Source of the DNA: an uncultured Gemmatimonadales bacterium
GTDB taxonomy: Bacteria > Gemmatimonadota > Gemmatimonadetes > Palauibacterales > Palauibacteraceae
Assembly (NCBI GenBank): GCA_963783385.1
Contig: CAWANJ010000007.1
Coordinates: forward strand, 160,001-224,000
DNA length: 64,000 nucleotides
Direction: 5' to 3'
Of this stretch, positions 18,479 through 29,817 are shown piece after piece. The notes beneath the pieces were generated by a model. It saw only the letters and a list, made by a program, of their open reading frames with translations, was not told where the DNA came from and did no database searches. Made by a program: the position numbers and the translations under genes. Each line of letters begins with the position of its first letter. Positions within the stretch are counted from its first letter, which is position 1.

Positions 18479-21068
18479 GACCGTGGATCCGCCGAGGGGT
18501 ACGGCGGCTCTTCCGGCTCCGTCCGGGCCGGCGCGATGACATCGCGCGCGAGACGGACGAGGAGATCCGCGAGCACCTCCGGCGCCGCGCCGAGGAGCTC
18601 GAGCGCGGCGGCCTGTCGCCCGAGGAGGCGAGGGCCGAGGCGCTGCGGCGGTTCGGGGAGCTCGAGGCCGTTCGATCCCGCCTGGTCCGCGCCGCCACGA
18701 GGCGGGAGCGGCGGATCCGGCTCCGGGACCGCCTGCTGCTCCATGGCCCCGAGTACGTCGTGCACCCGGGCCGGCTGGCGCGCTTCTCCTACACCGCCAC
18801 CGTGCCGGGCGAGGGCACCTACGCGGACAACGCCTTCGGGTACGTCACCTACACGGCGCTGCGAGACCACGCCCGCGGCTTCTCGGGCGTGGCGGCGTAC
18901 TCGGAGACGCACGGCGTGGTGGGCGACGGGGCGGGCGCCGCGGCCGCTCGGATCGGTCACGCCACCGCCGACTTCTTCCCGCTCCTCGGGACGACTCCCC
19001 TCCTGGGACGCTTCTTCGATGCGCAGGAGGATCGCCAGGGGGCCGCCCGGAGGGTAGCGGTGGTCGGCCACGCGCTGTGGAGGAGCCGATTCGGCAGCGA
19101 CCCGTCCATCGTGGGCCGCACGGTTCGGATCGACGGCCGGGCTTACACGGTGATCGGCGTGGCAAGGTCCGGGTTCACGGGGGTCGAGCTCGAACGCGTG
19201 GACGCGTGGCTCCCGATGTCGCTCAGCCAGCACAGCGCGGACTGGGCGACGTCCTGGCAGGTGCAGTGGCTCCAGGTCGTGGCCCGCCTGGCGCCCGGCG
19301 TGGACCGGAAGCGCGCCTCCGCGGAGGCCACCCGTGCCTTTCGGGCGGCCTATCCGGGAGGCGACGAGGCGATCGCTCACGCCACGCTGCACGCGGACCC
19401 GCTCTCCTACGACGACAACGGCCGCGAGTCGATGCAGGTCGCGGTGGCCCGGTGGCTCCTCGGCGTCTCGCTCGTGGTCCTCCTGGTGGCGTGCGCCAAC
19501 GTCGCCAACCTCCTGCTGGCGCGTGCGCTCCGGCGGCGGCGCGAGATCAGCGTCCGCCTGGCGCTCGGCATCTCTCGCGCGCGCCTCGCGCGGCTCCTGT
19601 GGGGGAGAGCCTGCTGCTGGCGCTCCTGGGGGGCGGGGCCGCCCTCGTGGTCGCGCCGGTCGTGGGGGGTATCGTCCGGCGCACCCTCCTTCCGGGGGTC
19701 GAGTGGACGCACGGCGCCCTGGACGCACGCGTGCTCGCCGTCGCGGCTCTCCTGACCCTGGTGACCGGGCTCGTCACGGGACTCGTGCCGGCCCTGCGCG
19801 CGGGCGGCGGGGACGCCACGGCATCGCTCCGATCCGGGATGCTCGAGCCCGGGCCGTCCGCGTCGCGCGCCCGGTCGTGGCTCGCGGCCGGACAGGCGGC
19901 CCTCTCCGTCCTGCTGCTCGTAGGGGCGGGCCTGTTCATCCGGAGCCTCGAGCGCGCCCGCGGGGTGGACCTGGGCTTCGAGCCCGAGCGCGTGCTGGCC
20001 GTCTCGCCGGACTGGTCGGAGCCGGGACCGATGGCCGCGCCGACGCCGGAGAAGGCCGACCGGCGGCGGGCGCGCCGGGAGGCGTTCTTCGCCGCGTCCT
20101 TCGCCCGCGCCCGCAAGCTACCGGGCGTCGCGAGCGCCGCGATCACCGTGGGCACGCCCTTCCGTTCCTGGTTCACGGTCCGGCTCCGGATCGAGGGCCT
20201 GGACTCGGTGCCCGTCCTCCCCGGCGGCGGCCCCTACGTCCAGGCCGTCTCTCCCGGTTACTTCGCGACCATGGGGATTCCCGTCTTGCGGGGGCGGGCC
20301 TTCGGCGGAGGAGATCACCGCGGGAGCGAGCCGGTGGCGCTCGTGAGCCGCACCATGGCCCGGACCCTGTGGCCGGACGGCGAGGCGATCGGCCACTGCC
20401 TCCTCATTGGCCGGGACGACCCTCCGTGCTCACGCGTGGTGGAGATCGTGGGGGACGTCCATCGTCAGGCACTCCGCGAGAAGACCTCCATGCAGTACTA
20501 CGTGCCGCTGGGGCAGGAGCGGGGGTTCGGGGGGGCGAGCCTCGTCGTCCGCCCCCTCGGCGATCCCGGGGCCGAGGTCGCGCCGCTTCGGAAGGCGCTC
20601 TCGGGCCTGGAGGTTACCGTGCTCTACCTGCAGGTCCAGACCCTGGAGAGCGCCATCGACCCGGCGTACCGTCCCTGGCGGCTGGGCGCCTCGCTCATCG
20701 GCGCCTTCGGGCTCCTGGCCCTCGTGATCGCGGCCATCGGCCTGTACAGCCTGATGGCCTACGTGGTGGCGGAGCGGAGGCACGAGGTGGGGATCCGCAT
20801 GGCCCTCGGGGCCGGACGCGGCGACATCCTGCGGCTGGTCGTGGGGCGCGGGGTCGGCCCGGTCGCCGTCGGGCTCGCCGCCGGTGGGCTCCTGGCCGCG
20901 GCCGTCGCCCCGCGGGTGAGCGGCCTCCTGTTTGAGGTGTCGTCCCTCGATCCGGTCACCTACGCCGCCGCCGCGGCGGCGCTGCTGGGCATGGCCCTGC
21001 TGGCCTGCGCGCTACCGGCACGGCGAGCCGCGTTCGTGGACCCGGCCCGGGTGCTGCGCGCGGACTGA
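18475..21068 (+). pseudogene. ADOP-type duplicated MacB/FtsX permease, with internal deletion and frameshift
   Basis: Permease-prefix domain (EEIREHL...GLSPEEARAEALRRFG), ACANVANLLLAR, RRHEVGIRMALGA. The first TM region appears missing after RLRD; frameshift at the G5 run 19601-19605. Confidence 0.8.
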
Positions 21069-21119
21069 TCCGCCGCGCCGGAGATCGCCCGCGCTCGACG
21101 ACTTCAGCCGAGGCGCGCC

Positions 21120-22072
21120 TCACGGCCTCCACTTGGGATGCTCGTCGTCGGCCGACTCGGTGGTGAGCCGCACGAGGCCGCTCCCGTCGAGCTTGATCGA
21201 GTAGATCTCCCAGTTGCCGTCGCGGTACGTGTCGAACACGAGCCGCGTGCCGTCCGACTTCCAGCTCGAGGCGAAGTCGTCCGCCGCGTGCTGCGTCACG
21301 TTGATGGGGTTCGAGCCGTCGGCCTCCATCGTGTAGACCTCGTCGTTCCCGTCCCGGTCGGTCACGAAGGAGAGATGCGAGCCGTCGGGGGACCAGGCGG
21401 GCGAGCAGTCGAAGGCCGGGTTGGCGGTCAGGTTCGTCGGATTCGAGCCGTCGGCGTCCATGACCCACACGTCGCCGTTGCCCGACCGGTCGGAGAAGAA
21501 CGCGATCTTCGTCCCGTCCGGCGACCAGATGGGCTCCTGGTCGGTCGCGGGGTCGTCGGTGATGCGGACCGGGCTCGAGCCGTCGACGTCCATTACGTAG
21601 ATCTCGCCGTTGCCGTCGCGGTTGGTCGCGAACGCGAGCTTCGATCCGTCCGGCGACCAGTTCGGGAAGCGATCGACGGCCGGGTCGTTCGTCAGGCGCG
21701 TGAGCCCGGTCCCGTCCACGTCCATGATGTAGACCTCGGTGTTGCCGGCCCGCGTCGAGGCGAAGGCGATCTGGCTGCCGTCCGGCGACCAGGCGGCGTC
21801 CCCGTCCGCGGCCGCGTTGCCGGTGATATCGACCACCTCCGCGCCATCGGGCGTCATGAGGTAGATCTCGCGGTTTCCATCTCGCTGTGATTCGAAGGCA
21901 ATGAGGTCGCCGGTGAAGTCGAAGCCGGGCTCCGGAGTCGGCGAGACGGGCGGCTGCGGACCGAACGCGGGGCCGGTGGGCGTGCTCTTGCCACAGGCGC
22001 CGAGGACGACCAGCGCGGCGATGGCGATCCGGGGGGGATGAGGCTCGTCGAGGCGGGGCTCCTGCGGTGCAT
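21120..22072 (-). pseudogene. TolB-like PD40 beta-propeller lipoprotein, frameshifted in signal peptide
   Basis: Repeated WSPDG..IAF.S.R.GN.EIY motifs. AGGAGG RBS with ATG 22072 is out of frame with lipobox VLGAC by one base at the C7 run (22031-22037). Confidence 0.75.
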
Positions 22073-22329
22073 GGGATGCCTCCTGTCGGTCGGCGTCGGT
22101 GCGGCATGCCGGGCGGGCCGAGCCCCCGGCAGCCTCCTCTCGACAGGATGAACGCAGTCCCGCTCACGAAACGGACATCCTTCGTGCGACGCCGGGGAGA
22201 GCGCGGCCATCCTCGCCCGGTTCCGGCGAGATGTCTCCCATGTTCGGAGCTACAGACTTATATTGGAAATCAGGGGGGATCGGGAACGGGAGGGGATGGG
22301 CCACCGGACTCCAGCGGAGCGCGGCCCAC

Positions 22330-22902
22330 GTGGTCGAGGCACAGACCGTCACCCAGATCCTGAGGGCGTCGCGGTCCGGGAGCCGGCCGGCCGTGGATCG
22401 CCTGTTCGCGTTGCTCTACGACGAGCTGCGCGGGGTCGCCCATCGACAGCTCAATGCGGGCGCGCGGGGCGTCACCCTCAATACCACCGCCCTGATCAAC
22501 GAGGCCTACCTGCGCATGGTCGATCAGACGCAGGCCAGTTGGGAAGACCGCGCGCACTTCTTCGCCTACGCCTCCAGCACCATGCGGACCGTCGTCGTCG
22601 ACTACGCGCGACGCCGCGGCGCCAAGAAGCGCGGCGGTGACATGCAGCGGCTGTCGTTCGAGGACCGAGACCTGCCGGTGGAGGACCAGGCCGAGATGAT
22701 CGTGGCCGTCGACAATGCGCTCACGCGGCTGGCGCAGGTGAGCGAGCGCCTTTGCCGCATCGTGGAATGCCGCTTCTTCGGGGGCATGAGCGTCAATGAG
22801 ACCGCTACGGCGCTGGCGGTCTCCGACCGCACGGTGCGCCGTGACTGGATCAAGGCCAAGGCGTGGCTGTACGCGGCGCTATACGGGGAGGCCGCCGGCT
22901 GA
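22330..22902 (+). CDS. ECF sigma factor, TIGR02999-like (kinase-associated)
   Basis: VTQIL, LYDELRGVA, TLNTTALINEAYLRM, DRAHFFA, VECRFFGGMS..ETA..L.VS.RTVRRDW..AKAWL. Confidence 0.9.
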   Translation: MVEAQTVTQILRASRSGSRPAVDRLFALLYDELRGVAHRQLNAGARGVTLNTTALINEAYLRMVDQTQASWEDRAHFFAYASSTMRTVVVDYARRRGAKKRGGDMQRLSFEDRDLPVEDQAEMIVAVDNALTRLAQVSERLCRIVECRFFGGMSVNETATALAVSDRTVRRDWIKAKAWLYAALYGEAAG

Positions 22903-22924
22903 CGCGGCCGGCGCTACGAGGAGC

Positions 22925-25854
22925 GTGTACGCCTTGGCCCCGGAGGACTGGGAGCGGCTCGAGAGCGCCCTCAATGGAGCCTTCGAGCTCCCGGCGGCGG
23001 AGCGGGACGCCTTCCTGACCCGCGCCTGCCGCGGGGACGCCGCCCTCCTCATGAGCGCCCGCCGGGCCCTGGGGACGGGGGAGGCCGCCCACGACTTCCT
23101 GGAGCGCCCCTTCGGGACGCTCGTCTCGGAGCTCCTGAGCGAGGTGGCGGAGAGCGCCGGGCCCGTGGCGGGGGCCGGGGAGGACGGCCGGGCAATGGGG
23201 CGCCGGATCGGTCCCTACCGGCTCCTCCGGGAGATCGGTCGGGGTGGCATGGGGGCGGTCTATCTCGCGGACCGGGACGACGACCGCTTCGACCGCCGCG
23301 TGGCCGTCAAGCTGGTCCGCACCGGGGTGCTGGCGGGGGAGTTCCGGCGGCGGTTCTTCCTCGAGCAGCGCATCCTCGCCTCGCTCGAGCACCCCCACAT
23401 CGCCCGCCTCTACGATGCGGGCATCGGCGACGACGGGACGCCCTACATCGTGATGGAGTTCGTGGAGGGCCGTCCCATCGACGACCACTGCACGGAGCTC
23501 GATTCCCCGGTGGACGAGCGCCTGCAACTCTTCGACCAGGTATGCGACGCGGTGGAGTTCGCGCACCGGAAACTGGTCGTGCACCGGGACCTCAAGCCCG
23601 GCAACGTTCTCGTCTCGGACCGGGGCGTCGTGAAGCTCCTCGATTTCGGGGTCGCCAAGCTGCTTGCCGGGGAGGGCCGCCCCGCGGGCTCGCTCACGGA
23701 GGCCGGGGAAGGCCGCGCCTTCACGCCCGAGTACGCCAGCCCCGGCAGCTCCGCGGCGAGCCGGTGTCGACGGCCACGGACGTGTACGCGCTGGGAGTCC
23801 TGCTCTACGAGCTGCTCACGGGGTCGTGGCCCTATCGCGCCGCAGATCGGAGCTCGCGGTCCATCGAGAGAGCCGTGCTGGAGCAGGAGCCCATACGGCC
23901 GAGCGCAGCCGCCGCGGGGCGGTCCGACGCCGGCCGCGCGCGCCGGCTGCGGGGGGACCTCGACGACATCGTCCTCATGGCCCTCCGCAAGGAGGCGGAG
24001 CGCCGGTATGCCTCGGTGGCCGAGTTGCGCGACGACCTGCGCCGTCACCGGGAGCGGCGCCCGGTGCGGGCTCGCCCGGACACGTGGAGGTACCGGGCCG
24101 GGCGATTCGCCTCGCGGCACCGGACCGGGGTAGCGGCGGCGGCGGTCGTGACCGTCTCGGTGCTGGCGGGTCTGGCCGGAACCGCGTGGCAGGCACGCGC
24201 GGCCTCGCGACAGGCAATGCGGGCCGATCGGGTGCGCGACTTCGTGGTGGAGCTCGTCCAGGTGTCCGATCCCGACCGATCGCGGGGCGAGAGCATCAGC
24301 GCCCGCACGCTCCTGGACCGCGGGGCCGAGCGCCTGCGCACGAAGCTGGACGCCGAGCCCGAGACGCGGGTGGAGATGCTCGACGTCCTCGGCGACATCT
24401 ACACGAAGCTGGGGGTCTACGACCGGGCGCGGCCGCTGCTGGAGGAGGCGCTCAGCGAGCGCACGCGCCTGCGGGGGCCCGATGACCTGGCGGTGGCCCG
24501 CAGCGCGTCGATCCTGGCCGCGCTGCTCCTCGAGCAGGGCGAGTACGAGCGCGCCGAGACGCTGGCGCGCCGGGCACTGGCCGTTCGTCGCAGGCGACGG
24601 GGAGCCACAGACACGCTCGTGGCGGCGAGCATGAGCGACCTGGCGGCGATCCTGGATCACCGGGGCCGGCTCAAGGAGGCGGAGGACCTGTACCGGTCCG
24701 CGCTGGCGATCGACCGTGCGCGCGGCGCCCGGCATGCCGTGGCGACGGACCTGGGCAGCCTGGGCGTGGCCCTGTGGCGCGAGGGCGAGTACGACGAGGC
24801 CCTGCCTCCTGCCGAGGCGGCGTTGGCGCTCCGGCGCGAGCTCTACGGCCCGGAGCACACGCTGGTGGCGACCGATCTCTTCAACCTGGCCACCATCGAG
24901 ATGGACCGCGGCGAGCTGGACCGGGCGGAGGAGCTGTTCACGGAGTGCCTGACCATGCGCAGGAAGCTGCTCGGGGAGCGCCACCCGTTCGTGGCCCTGA
25001 CGCTGAACAACCTGGGGGAGCTCTTCCAGCGGCGCGGTCGGCTCGAGGAGGCGGAGCGGGCGCATCGGGAAGCCCTGACCATCCGGCGCGAGACCCTGGG
25101 CGAGGACCATCCGGAGGTGGCGGCCAGTCTCAACGACCTCGGGGTCGTCCTCTACTTCCGGGGAGATCGCCGGGGAGCGGCCGAGCAGTTCCGCCGCGCC
25201 CTGGCGATCTGGCGCCCCACCCTGGGCGACACGCACCCGCGGGTGCTCACCGGGCTCAACAACCTGGGCGCGGCCCTCCGGGAGGCCGGAGACCTCGAGG
25301 CGGCCGAGCCGCCGCTCCGCGAGGTGCTGGAGCTGCGCCGGACGGTGCTCGGTCCCGGGCACCCGGACGTAGCCCAGAGCCTCAACAACCTGGCCGAGCT
25401 GCTGGTACGGAAGGGCGACTACGACGAAGCCGAGGCGGACTTCCGATCGGCGCTCGCGATCTGGCGGAAGGCCCTGGGCCGCGACCATCCAACCACTGCC
25501 TACGCGCTGAACGGCCTCGGTCGGCTGATGGCCGCCCGGGGACGATGCGCGGAGGCCGAGGCGCCCTTGCGCGAGGGGCTCGAGATCCGCGTGGCCAAGC
25601 TGGAAGAGGGGAGCACGCTGACCGCCGGCACGCGGCTGGCCCTCGGGCGCTGCCTCGTAGCGCTGCACCGGTTCGATGAGGCCGAGCCGCTCCTCCTCGC
25701 CAGCTATCCCGCGATCCGGAAGGCCCGGGGCGACGAGGACGCACTCACCGGGAGAGCGAGGAAGGCCCTGGCAGACCTGTACAGGGCCTGGGGCCGACCG
25801 GTCGAAGCGCGCCGCTATCGCACGCCGGTTGCCGGAAGCGGGTCGCGCTCCTAG
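22925..25854 (+). pseudogene. Membrane Ser/Thr protein kinase with C-terminal TPR repeats, frameshifted
   Basis: IGRGGMGAVY, VAVK, HRDLKPGN, DFG, TPEYASP, then a 1-nt loss at about 23744 (expected SPEQLRGE). TM helix and HPxxAxxLNNL TPR repeats follow. Confidence 0.85.
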
Positions 25855-25947
25855 CCTGAGCGCGACCGTCGGGGCCGGCCGCCGGTGCGCCGTCGGAGTC
25901 GGCCGGGCCCGGCACGCGATCGCCCCTGGAGCCAGCGCGAGGTCGCC

Positions 25948-26667
25948 GTGGCTCACGACGTCCCGAAGACCCCCGGTTGGATCCTCGACGAGGAGGCTCA
26001 CGCCGGCCCCGAGCACCTCGACGTGGAATACCTCTCCGACTACGACGCGAAGGCGAAAACCGATCCGTCGGAGGACGTGTCCCTGTTCCTGGACCTCGGA
26101 CTCGGCGCGGGCTCGACCGTGCTGGATGTGGGCACGGGAACCGGGACCTTCGCGCTGGCGGCGGCCCCGCATTGCGCCCGAGTCGTGGCCGTGGACGTCC
26201 CGGCGCCGATGCTGGAGAGGCTCCGGGCCAGGGCTCGGGAGGCTGGGATCGACAATGTCGAGCCCGTGCGTGCGGGCTTCCTGACCTACGAGCACCGCGG
26301 GCCCCCGGCCGACTTCGCCTACTCGCGGAACGCGCTCCACCACCTGCCCGACTTCTGGAAGGCGGTGGCGCTGGAGCGGCTGTCGGACACTCTGGCGCCG
26401 GGCGGCTTCCTTCTTCTCCGGGACCTGGTCTACTCGTTCGGCCCCGCGGAGGCGGGGCAGGCGATCGAGGCGTGGGTCGGCGGCGCGTCCCCGAGGCCTG
26501 GGGAAGGTTGGACGAGGTCGGAGCTCGAGGACCACGTCCGGTCCGAGCACAGCACCTTCAGCTGGCTCCTGGAGCCAATGCTGGAGCGGGCCGGATTCGA
26601 GATCCGGGAGCGCGAGTCCCGCGAGTCAGGCCCCTACGCCGCCTACCTGTGCGCCCGGAGGGCATAG
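25948..26667 (+). CDS. Class I SAM-dependent methyltransferase
   Basis: VLDVGTGTG, VVAVD, NALHHL, LAPGGFL. Confidence 0.9.
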   Translation: MAHDVPKTPGWILDEEAHAGPEHLDVEYLSDYDAKAKTDPSEDVSLFLDLGLGAGSTVLDVGTGTGTFALAAAPHCARVVAVDVPAPMLERLRARAREAGIDNVEPVRAGFLTYEHRGPPADFAYSRNALHHLPDFWKAVALERLSDTLAPGGFLLLRDLVYSFGPAEAGQAIEAWVGGASPRPGEGWTRSELEDHVRSEHSTFSWLLEPMLERAGFEIRERESRESGPYAAYLCARRA

Positions 26668-26719
26668 CCCGGGCCGTGCGTCGGGCAGGCCGCGGCCCGC
26701 CAGGCGAGGGAGGGAAGCG

Positions 26720-27819
26720 ATGAGAGACGCGACGCGGGTGGTCCGCGCCGGACTGCCGGAGCCGGCCCAGGGGGAGCCCTTCCTGCCCGGCCCGACCTTC
26801 ATCAGCACCACCCATCTGGCCGGGGACCCGGCGTCGGCTCCCTACAGCTACGGCCGCTACGACAACCCGACCTGGAGCGCCTACGAGCGGGCGCTCGCCG
26901 AGCTGGAAGGTGGCCCGGCCGCAGTGGCCTTCGCCTCGGGGATCGCCGCCATCCACGCGGCAATGTCGGTGGTGCTGCGGCCAGGGGACGCGGTCGTCCT
27001 CCCGTCGGACGGCTACTACACGACCCGGGCGCTGGCCTCCGGGCACTTCGGAGCGCTCGGGGTGGAGGTCAGGGAGGCGCCGACGGCCGGCAGCGCGCAG
27101 GGCGGGCTGCTGGAGGGAGCGCGGCTCCTGTGGCTCGAGACGCCGGCCAACCCGGGGCTGGACGTGTGCGACATTGCGGCGCTGGCCGCAGCCGCGCACG
27201 AGGCCGGCGCGGTGGTGGCGGTCGACAACACCTCGGCGACGCCGCTCGGCCAGCGGCCGCTGGAGCTGGGGGCCGACCTGTCCGTGGCCTCCGACAGCAA
27301 GGCGCTGTGCGGCCACAGCGACCTGGTGCTCGTGCACGTGGCGACGAACGACCCGGAGTGGACCGCCAGGCTCCGGGCCTGGCGCACCGGTCGCTGGCCA
27401 CGCTCGACGTGCGGCTGGAGCGTATGTGCCGGAACGCGCAGCGGCTGGCCGAGCTCCTGGCCGGGCGGCCCGAGGTCGTCTCCGTCCGCTACCCGGGCCT
27501 CGCATCCGATCCCTCGCACCAGCCCGCCTCCCGGCAGATGGCCCGGTACGGCTCGGTGGTGAGCTTCGATCTCGGGAGCCGGGAGGCCGCGGAGGGCTTC
27601 CTCGCCGCCTGCCGGGTCGTCCTCCAGGCCACGAGCTTCGGGGGGCTCCATACGACCGCCGAGCGTCGGGCGCAATGGGGCGGCGACGCCGTGCCGGCGG
27701 GCTTCATCCGCATGAGCGTCGGCTGCGAGGACGGCGAGGACCTGGCGGAGGACGTGGCCCGGGCGCTGGACGCGTCTCGCGCCGCGGCGCCGGGCGCTGA
27801 GGGCCCGGATGGGGCCTGA
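26720..27819 (+). pseudogene. Cystathionine gamma-lyase/synthase family PLP enzyme with internal deletion and frameshift
   Basis: YGRYDNPT, FASG, ETPANP, VDNT, SDSKALCGHSD; frame jump at about 27380 to RSLATLDVRL...ATSFGG...FIRMSVGCE. Confidence 0.85.
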
Positions 27820-28168
27820 CGTGCTCCGGGTCCTGTTCACCCTGCTCGGTCTCTCCCTGGTGGCGGTCGGGCTGCCGCTCGCCCGGCGGCGCGTGCGGCC
27901 CAACCACTGGTACGGCCTCCGGACCCGGTCCACCCTCGAGGACCCGGAGGTGTGGTACGAGGCGAACGCGCTCCTGGGACGCGAGCTCGCGGTCGTCGGA
28001 GTCGGACTCGGCGCCCTGGCGTGGCTGTGGCCCGCCGTCGCGCGCCCGGATCCGGACAGCTACGCCCTGGGCTGCGCCCTCGCCGCGCTGGTGGCCACCG
28101 GAGTGGTGACCGCGCGCGGCGCGCGTCTTGCCGCGAGGCTCCGCCGGCGCGGTTCCCCAGGGGCCTGA
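27809..28168 (+). CDS. SdpI/YfhL-family membrane protein
   Basis: RVRPNHWYGLRT..TL.DPEVWYEAN motif; three TM helices. Confidence 0.8.
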   Translation: MGPDVLRVLFTLLGLSLVAVGLPLARRRVRPNHWYGLRTRSTLEDPEVWYEANALLGRELAVVGVGLGALAWLWPAVARPDPDSYALGCALAALVATGVVTARGARLAARLRRRGSPGA

Positions 28169-28236
28169 GCCGGGCCGGTCGCGGCGGCGCACGGCCGTCT
28201 CGGCCTCGCGACCGCGCCCCGAGGAGGACGTGTCCG

Positions 28237-28617
28237 GTGAGAGTCAGCGTCCGCTACATTGTGCGCGACGTGGACGAGGCGATCGAGTTCTACGCGCGGC
28301 AGCTGGGCTTCGAAGTCGTGATGCACCCGGCCCCCACGTTCGCGATCCTCTCGCTCGGTGACTTCCTCCTCATGCTGAGCGCGCCGGAGGGTCCGGGTGG
28401 CGGGGCGCGCGCCATGGCGGACGGGACCCGGCCCGAGCCGGGAGGATGGAACCGAATCCAGATCGAGGTGGAGGATGTGGAGGCCGAGGCCGACCGGCTC
28501 CGGGAGGCCGGCGTCCGCTTCCGGAGCGACCTGATCACGGGGGTAGGGGCCAGGCAGGTGCTGATCGAGGACCCGTCGGCCAACCCGGTCGAGCTCTATG
28601 AGCGTCTCGGTGGATGA
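28237..28617 (+). CDS. VOC/glyoxalase-family protein
   Basis: VRYIVRDVDEAIEFY...LGF, GGWNRIQIEV, EDPSANPVEL; GAGGAGG RBS. Confidence 0.9.
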   Translation: MRVSVRYIVRDVDEAIEFYARQLGFEVVMHPAPTFAILSLGDFLLMLSAPEGPGGGARAMADGTRPEPGGWNRIQIEVEDVEAEADRLREAGVRFRSDLITGVGARQVLIEDPSANPVELYERLGG

Positions 28618-29140
28618 GAGCTCGGAGCTGCGCTTTGATCCCGGGGAGGAGCGCCGGAGCGGCGAGCACCTCCTCGTGGCCGAGACCACGATCGGCCGGC
28701 CGCTCCAGGAGGTGTTCGAGTTCTTCTCGGCCGCCGAGAACCTGCAGCGGATCACGCCGCCGGAGATGCACTTCGAGATCGTGACGCCGCTCCCGGTCGA
28801 GATGGCGGCCGGCACCCTGATCGACTACCGGCTGCGCCTGCTCGGCGTGCCCTTCCGCTGGAGGACCCGAATCGCCCGGTGGGAGCCTCCGACCCGGTTC
28901 GTGGACGAGCAGCTCGAGGGCCCCTACGCCGTGTGGGTCCACACCCACCGGTTCCGCGAGGTCGGCGAGGGGACGCGGGTGCGCGACGAGGTGCGCCACC
29001 GGCTCCCCTACTATCCGCTGGGCGAGCTGGCGTATCCGCTGGTCCGCCTGCAACTGCGGCGGATCTTCGGCTACCGCCGGCGGCGGATGCGGGAGCTGCT
29101 TGGAGGCCCGGCGGAGCGGAGTTCCGACCGGGTCCGGTGA
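28598..29140 (+). CDS. SRPBCC (START) family protein
   Basis: VFEFFS..ENL.RITPP, FVDEQLEGPY..W.HTHRF, IFGYR. Confidence 0.85.
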   Translation: MSVSVDESSELRFDPGEERRSGEHLLVAETTIGRPLQEVFEFFSAAENLQRITPPEMHFEIVTPLPVEMAAGTLIDYRLRLLGVPFRWRTRIARWEPPTRFVDEQLEGPYAVWVHTHRFREVGEGTRVRDEVRHRLPYYPLGELAYPLVRLQLRRIFGYRRRRMRELLGGPAERSSDRVR

Positions 29141-29194
29141 ACGAGACGCCCGCCCGGGCGGAACGGGGCCCCCGGGCGCGCCCGGGAGAGGTCG

Positions 29195-29656
29195 CTAGCC
29201 CTCCGCCAGCTTCTTCGTCACGCAGCTGGTGAAGCGGCCGAACATGAAGTCGGCCACGTTCTGCACGATGCCGCCACGGCCGAAGGAGGCCAGGCGGCCC
29301 GCGAGACTGATCGATTGCTCCACGTGGACGCGGGTGCCGCCACCGTCCATCGGCTCCAGACGGCTGCGCATGTTCATCTTCACGCTACCCGAGCCCTTCT
29401 CGTCCTTCCCCTCGCCCGACATTTCGACTTCGCGGGCCTCCTCGTCCAGTCGGTCGAAGCGGATCGTGCCGCCGAAGGTGATACCGATCGGGCCCAGCTT
29501 CATGCCCATCTCGCCGCGGTAGGTGCGCTCGTCCACCTCCTCGACCAGCTTCGCTCCGGGCAGACACTCCACCACCCGCTCCGGGTCGGTGAGGAAGGAC
29601 CACACCTTCTCGGGCGGCTGCTCCACCTCGAACGTCTTCTCGATCGTGATCGCCAT
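29195..29656 (-). CDS. coxG: CoxG-like SRPBCC protein
   Basis: VWSFLTDPERVVECLPGA, GRLASFGRG; divergent from coxMSL. Confidence 0.8.
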   Translation of the reverse strand: MAITIEKTFEVEQPPEKVWSFLTDPERVVECLPGAKLVEEVDERTYRGEMGMKLGPIGITFGGTIRFDRLDEEAREVEMSGEGKDEKGSGSVKMNMRSRLEPMDGGGTRVHVEQSISLAGRLASFGRGGIVQNVADFMFGRFTSCVTKKLAEG

Positions 29657-29788
29657 GCGTCCTCGCCTTCGTCGCCGGGGGTCGTCGGATTCGGCTCCAA
29701 CGTCGGCCGCCGGGCCGGCCGTCGTCAACCGGCCGCTGGCGCGCGGCCGTCGGACGAGCGCCAGCTTTGCGAGGTCCGTGCCGACCGG

Positions 29789-29817
29789 TTGAAGCCCTCT
29801 GGGGCGGGGCGTAAGTT
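29789..29817 (+). promoter_or_regulatory. Candidate sigma70 promoter for coxMSL (TTGAAG-N17-TAAGTT)
   Basis: Near-consensus hexamers with an exact 17-nt spacer, about 130 nt upstream of coxM. Confidence 0.45.

Noticed and set aside
21120-25800. Periodic DNA similarity in the PD40 and TPR regions
   Set aside because: Explained by protein repeats (WSPDG propeller blades, TPR helices), not by a DNA repeat element.
18000-29150. Calling the decayed block a mobile element or genomic island
   Set aside because: No integrase, transposase, tRNA or flanking direct repeats were seen, and composition looks similar to the flanks.
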